Shown here: one piece after another, positions 14,044-17,078 of the stretch
How positions within the stretch are numbered: position 1 is the first letter of the stretch
Layout: the number at the start of each line of letters is the position of its first letter
Source: Patescibacteria group bacterium
GTDB lineage: Bacteria; Patescibacteriota; Microgenomatia; Levybacterales; GWA1-39-11
Direction of reading: 5' to 3'
Assembly: GCA_035549295.1 (NCBI GenBank)
Contig: DASZRG010000011.1
Span: 1-17,078, forward strand
Length of the DNA stretch: 17,078 bases
Notes under the pieces: model-generated
Databases searched by the model: none
Told to the model about the DNA's origin: nothing
What the model saw: only the letters and a program-made list of their open reading frames with translations
Program-made: the position numbers and the translations under genes

Positions 14044-14754
14044 ATGAGAAAGTCATTTTTGGCGAGTTTTTTCATATTTTTCTTTCTAACGTTTGCCGTG
14101 ATGCCAACTTACGCAAGCGCTGCTTTTCGTGTCACGAAAGTTATTGATGGAGATACGATAGCTGCAGATATTCGTGGTAAAAATGAGACTATTCGGCTTC
14201 TTGGAATAGATACACCTGAGACAGTTGACCCCAGGAAAACTATTCAATGCTTTGGGCAAGAAGCATCCAACAAGATGAAGGAATTTGTTTCTGGCAAGTT
14301 GGTAATTCTTGTGGATGATCCAACTCAGGGTAATCGCGACAAATACGGTAGGCTTCTTCGTTATGTTTATCTTCCCGACGCAAAATCGACGTTCATAAAT
14401 GGCGAAATGGTGAAGCAAGGTTATGCCTTCTCTTTTAGGGAATATCCTACGAAAATGCTCGATAAATTTAATTCGTTTGAAAAATACGCCCGAGATCACA
14501 ATCTTGGGTTGTGGTCGTCATGTCCTGTTAATACTCAATCGCCAAAACGAGAGACGACCGCGACGTCATCCACAACCTACAAGCCATCTATTGTAAACAA
14601 TTCGGTTGCAGTTAGCGGTGAAGATAAGGATTGCTCTGATTTTGCTACGCAAGCCTCAGCTCAAGCTTACTTTGTTGCAAAAGGTGGTCCCAAGCTTGAC
14701 CCCGACAAGCTTGATGCTGATCATGACGGGAAAGCATGTGAGTCACTAAGGTAA
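14044..14754 (+). CDS. Secreted thermonuclease (SNase-like) with C-terminal Excalibur calcium-binding domain
   Basis: 236 aa. Signal peptide MRKSFLASFFIFFFLTFAVMPTYASA, TKVIDGDTIAADIRG, IRLLGIDTPET, GKYGRLLRYVYL-type segment. C-terminal DCSDFATQASAQAYFVAKGG...DPDKLDADHDGKACESL is Excalibur. Confidence 0.93.
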   Translation: MRKSFLASFFIFFFLTFAVMPTYASAAFRVTKVIDGDTIAADIRGKNETIRLLGIDTPETVDPRKTIQCFGQEASNKMKEFVSGKLVILVDDPTQGNRDKYGRLLRYVYLPDAKSTFINGEMVKQGYAFSFREYPTKMLDKFNSFEKYARDHNLGLWSSCPVNTQSPKRETTATSSTTYKPSIVNNSVAVSGEDKDCSDFATQASAQAYFVAKGGPKLDPDKLDADHDGKACESLR

Positions 14755-14789
14755 GCAGCTATTTTAAAAGTGGTATTATATAGCCCGCG

Positions 14790-15455
14790 ATGATTGATTT
14801 GAGCGAAGTTAAGATAATTTACGAGAGACGAACATCTTTAGTCCTTAAGGTTTTGCGAGACGGAACTATTCAAGTGCGAGCGCCTTTTTTTGTCCCAAAG
14901 CCAATTATCAACGAGTTTGTCAAAAAACACTCACGAATGATCGAGAAAAATCGCGAGAGGATACTTCTGAGTAAGCCCAAAAGGAAAAAATATGTAAATG
15001 GAGAAAAATTTTTGTACCTTGGAAATGAATATCAGTTGCAGGTAGGAAATTATACTCAGATAAAACTTGAAAAAGACAAACTTCTTTTTCCTGAGGCACT
15101 TCTTTTCCGAGCCAAGAAAGAAATCGAGAATTGGTACGTAAAATCGGCTCGAGAATTTATAGGCAGTTACGTTGAGCAGTATGCCAAAGAGATGAAAACT
15201 TCTTTCGTTACAATTTCTTATTCCGACACTATTTCAAAGTGGGGGTCCTGCACTCACGACAATCGGCTTCAATTCAACTGGCGACTTATCATGACTCCTG
15301 TTCTTGTTGTCCGCTATGTCATAATTCACGAACTAGCCCATACTATTGAAAAAAACCACTCGCGTGCTTTCTGGAGTCGAGTTGCCGCCTTCAATCCGTC
15401 TTACAAACAGCAAATAAAATGGCTTCGAGATAATGGCAACAGGCTTGTAACGTAA
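14790..15455 (+). CDS. YgjP-like (DUF45/SprT-related) zinc metallopeptidase
   Basis: 221 aa. SYSDTISKWGSCTHDNRLQFNWRLIMTPVLVVRYVIIHELAHTIEKNHSRAFW contains HExxH plus the WGSC...L.fnwrLi..P...v.YVv.HElaH family pattern. Confidence 0.93.
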   Translation: MIDLSEVKIIYERRTSLVLKVLRDGTIQVRAPFFVPKPIINEFVKKHSRMIEKNRERILLSKPKRKKYVNGEKFLYLGNEYQLQVGNYTQIKLEKDKLLFPEALLFRAKKEIENWYVKSAREFIGSYVEQYAKEMKTSFVTISYSDTISKWGSCTHDNRLQFNWRLIMTPVLVVRYVIIHELAHTIEKNHSRAFWSRVAAFNPSYKQQIKWLRDNGNRLVT

Positions 15456-15462
15456 GAGTGAT

Positions 15463-15491
15463 TTGAAGAAAATATTCGATGGTGGTAATAT
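15463..15491 (+). promoter_or_regulatory. Promoter TTGAAG-N17-TAATAT with TGG extension
   Basis: -35 TTGAAG 15463-15468, 17-nt spacer, TGG 15483-15485, TAATAT 15486-15491, then 9 nt to the ATG at 15501. Confidence 0.4.
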
Positions 15492-15500
15492 GGTGCTTGC

Positions 15501-16913
15501 ATGCTTCCGCGTTCACTCTCTTTTCTAGATCTTGAAACTACAGGTATAAATTCGAATTTTAACAAAGTAATAGAGATAGGGATAATTCGCGTGGACGATG
15601 ACAAAATTACAAAAGAGTTCCAATCACTTATTGACCCCGGTATTGGGATACCTGTGTCAATTCAGGACATGACAGGTATAAGAAGTGCCGATCTTGAGAT
15701 TGCCCCTACTTTTTATGAACTCGCAGATGAAATAAGAGAAATTCTTGATGGGTCAATTCTTGTTGCACACAATGTCCGCTTCGACTACGGATTTTTAAAA
15801 AGCGAGTTTCGTCAAATCGATACCTCATTCAATATGAAACATTTTTGCTCAGTAAAGCTTGCTCGCGACCTGTTTCCGGGCCTCGATCACTACAATCTAG
15901 ACGCGATCATTAGACATTTCAATCTCTCGTGTGAAAATCGCCATCGTGCATTTGATGATGCCAAGGTTATATACGATTTCTATAATAAGATCCAAGAGTC
16001 GGTTTCAGAGGATTTTATCGCCGCGGCAATAAATCGCGCGCTCAAAAAACCATCTGTACCGATTGGTTTATCAGAAAAAGTTTTGGACGACCTACCAGAG
16101 TCACCTGGCGTATATATTTTTTACGGTGAGGACAAATACCCTATATATATAGGAAAGAGCGTGAACATCAGAGACCGGGTATTGTCTCATTTCTCGAACG
16201 ATCATTCGCTTCTGAAGGATATGCAGATATCGCAAGAGGTAAAGCACGTAGACACAATACGGACCGCTGGAGAATTGGGTGCATTGCTTCTCGAGTCTAC
16301 TCTTATCAAAAAATACCAGCCGCTTTATAACCAAATGCTTCGTGAAGCAAGGCGCATGATAATAATCTTAAGAGATACAAATGACGATGGCTATTCAACA
16401 ATAAGAGTAAAAGAAGTTGAAAAGATTGAAGTTAGTGAGTCCGAGGAGATTATCGGAGTTTTCAGATCTCAAAAACAGCTCAAAAATCATCTTTTTGAGC
16501 TATGTAAACAGTTTAGTCTATGTCCCAAGATAATGGATCTTGAACACTCGCAAAAATCATGTTTTTATTATCATCTCAAGATGTGTAACGGTGCGTGTAT
16601 CGGAAAAGAGTCATCTTTCAGGTATAATTTGCGTTTCACCGAAGCTTTTTTCAAATACAAGCTCAAGAGATGGTATTTTGATACGCCAGTATTGATCAAG
16701 GAAAAAGGTGAGCTTGAAGAGGGTTTTATTATCGACAAGTGGTGTCTTTTGGGAAGCGTTAAGTCCGAGGCGGATCTGTCTGAAATTTCAAATGATTATC
16801 GTTTTGATCTTGATACCTATAAAATTCTCTCAAAATTTTTGCTTCACCCACCCAAAAATATCTCAGTAAAACCTATTCACCTCGGAAATCACAATCGAGT
16901 AAACAACAATTAA
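15501..16913 (+). CDS. DEDDh 3'-5' exonuclease (DnaQ-like) fused to a UvrC/Cho-like GIY-YIG nuclease domain
   Basis: 470 aa. FLDLETTGINS, LVAHNVRFDYGFL and HRAFDDAK (DEDDh), then ESPGVYIFYGEDKYPIYIGKSVNIRDRVLSHF (GIY-YIG) and QFSLCPK...CFYYHLKMCNGACIGKES as in UvrC N-terminal regions. Confidence 0.92.
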   Translation: MLPRSLSFLDLETTGINSNFNKVIEIGIIRVDDDKITKEFQSLIDPGIGIPVSIQDMTGIRSADLEIAPTFYELADEIREILDGSILVAHNVRFDYGFLKSEFRQIDTSFNMKHFCSVKLARDLFPGLDHYNLDAIIRHFNLSCENRHRAFDDAKVIYDFYNKIQESVSEDFIAAAINRALKKPSVPIGLSEKVLDDLPESPGVYIFYGEDKYPIYIGKSVNIRDRVLSHFSNDHSLLKDMQISQEVKHVDTIRTAGELGALLLESTLIKKYQPLYNQMLREARRMIIILRDTNDDGYSTIRVKEVEKIEVSESEEIIGVFRSQKQLKNHLFELCKQFSLCPKIMDLEHSQKSCFYYHLKMCNGACIGKESSFRYNLRFTEAFFKYKLKRWYFDTPVLIKEKGELEEGFIIDKWCLLGSVKSEADLSEISNDYRFDLDTYKILSKFLLHPPKNISVKPIHLGNHNRVNNN

Positions 16914-16936
16914 TTCTAAATCCGAAGCTAAATTCT

Positions 16937-16965
16937 TTGAAATTTTATTATAGGTCTGATATAAT
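16937..16965 (+). promoter_or_regulatory. Promoter TTGAAA-N17-TATAAT with TGA extension
   Basis: -35 TTGAAA 16937-16942, 17-nt spacer, TGA 16957-16959, TATAAT 16960-16965, 8 nt to the ATG at 16974. Confidence 0.65.
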
Positions 16966-16973
16966 ACCAAATT

Positions 16974-17078
16974 ATGACTGGTGAGCAAATAAAAATAACA
17001 CATGAAGGAATTGCCGCTTCAGAGTCACCCATCGCGAGAGGCGTAGAAGAAACTACTTCTAATATATTGAGTACCGAA
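16974..17078 (+). CDS. Partial CDS (5' end) of unknown product; continues past the right edge
   Basis: ATG at 16974 reads 35 codons in frame to the window end: MTGEQIKITHEGIAASESPIARGVEETTSNILSTE. A strong promoter lies just upstream. Confidence 0.5.
   Translation, partial: MTGEQIKITHEGIAASESPIARGVEETTSNILSTE

Noticed and set aside
14086-14499. Minus-strand 137-aa ORF opposite the nuclease
   Set aside because: Long but entirely antisense to a gene with signal peptide, SNase motifs and Excalibur domain; Cys/His/Arg-rich shadow frame.
14-17078. CRISPR array, tandem repeats, transposase or integrase, phage genes
   Set aside because: No regularly spaced direct repeats, no recognisable mobility genes, and intergenic gaps (mostly under 150 bp) too short for arrays.

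Overview
This 17,078 bp window looks like a compact chromosomal segment from a bacterium with very small intergenic gaps. It could be a reduced or Patescibacteria-like genome, but the lineage is inference. I see no CRISPR array, rRNA, tRNA or mobile element. Left to right: a partial minus-strand CDS with a MetRS-C/EMAPII-like tRNA-binding start; the coupled guaB-guaA pair (both minus); a GT20 otsA-like glycosyltransferase; a zinc-ribbon membrane protein; plsY; a tightly overlapping plus-strand operon of a DhaL/FakA-type protein, a DegV/FakB-type protein, a second PlsY-like protein and a membrane-anchored alpha/beta hydrolase; a PAS protein with a C-terminus resembling a degenerate histidine-kinase ATPase domain; a minus-strand histidine kinase and single-domain response regulator; a short-loop glutamine synthetase I; an unknown protein with a HSH...PS..PT..D motif; an SNase-Excalibur nuclease; a YgjP-like metallopeptidase; and a DEDDh exonuclease/GIY-YIG fusion. 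A CDS start runs off the right edge. The most interesting non-coding signal is recurring sigma70-like promoters whose -10 box ends only 5-8 nt before the start codon, implying leaderless mRNAs. One of these sits in front of a 16-codon ORF upstream of otsA. The most interesting coding signals are the FakA/FakB/PlsY2/hydrolase operon, the putative pseudo-histidine kinase, the unusual IMPDH flap, and the 177-aa unknown protein.
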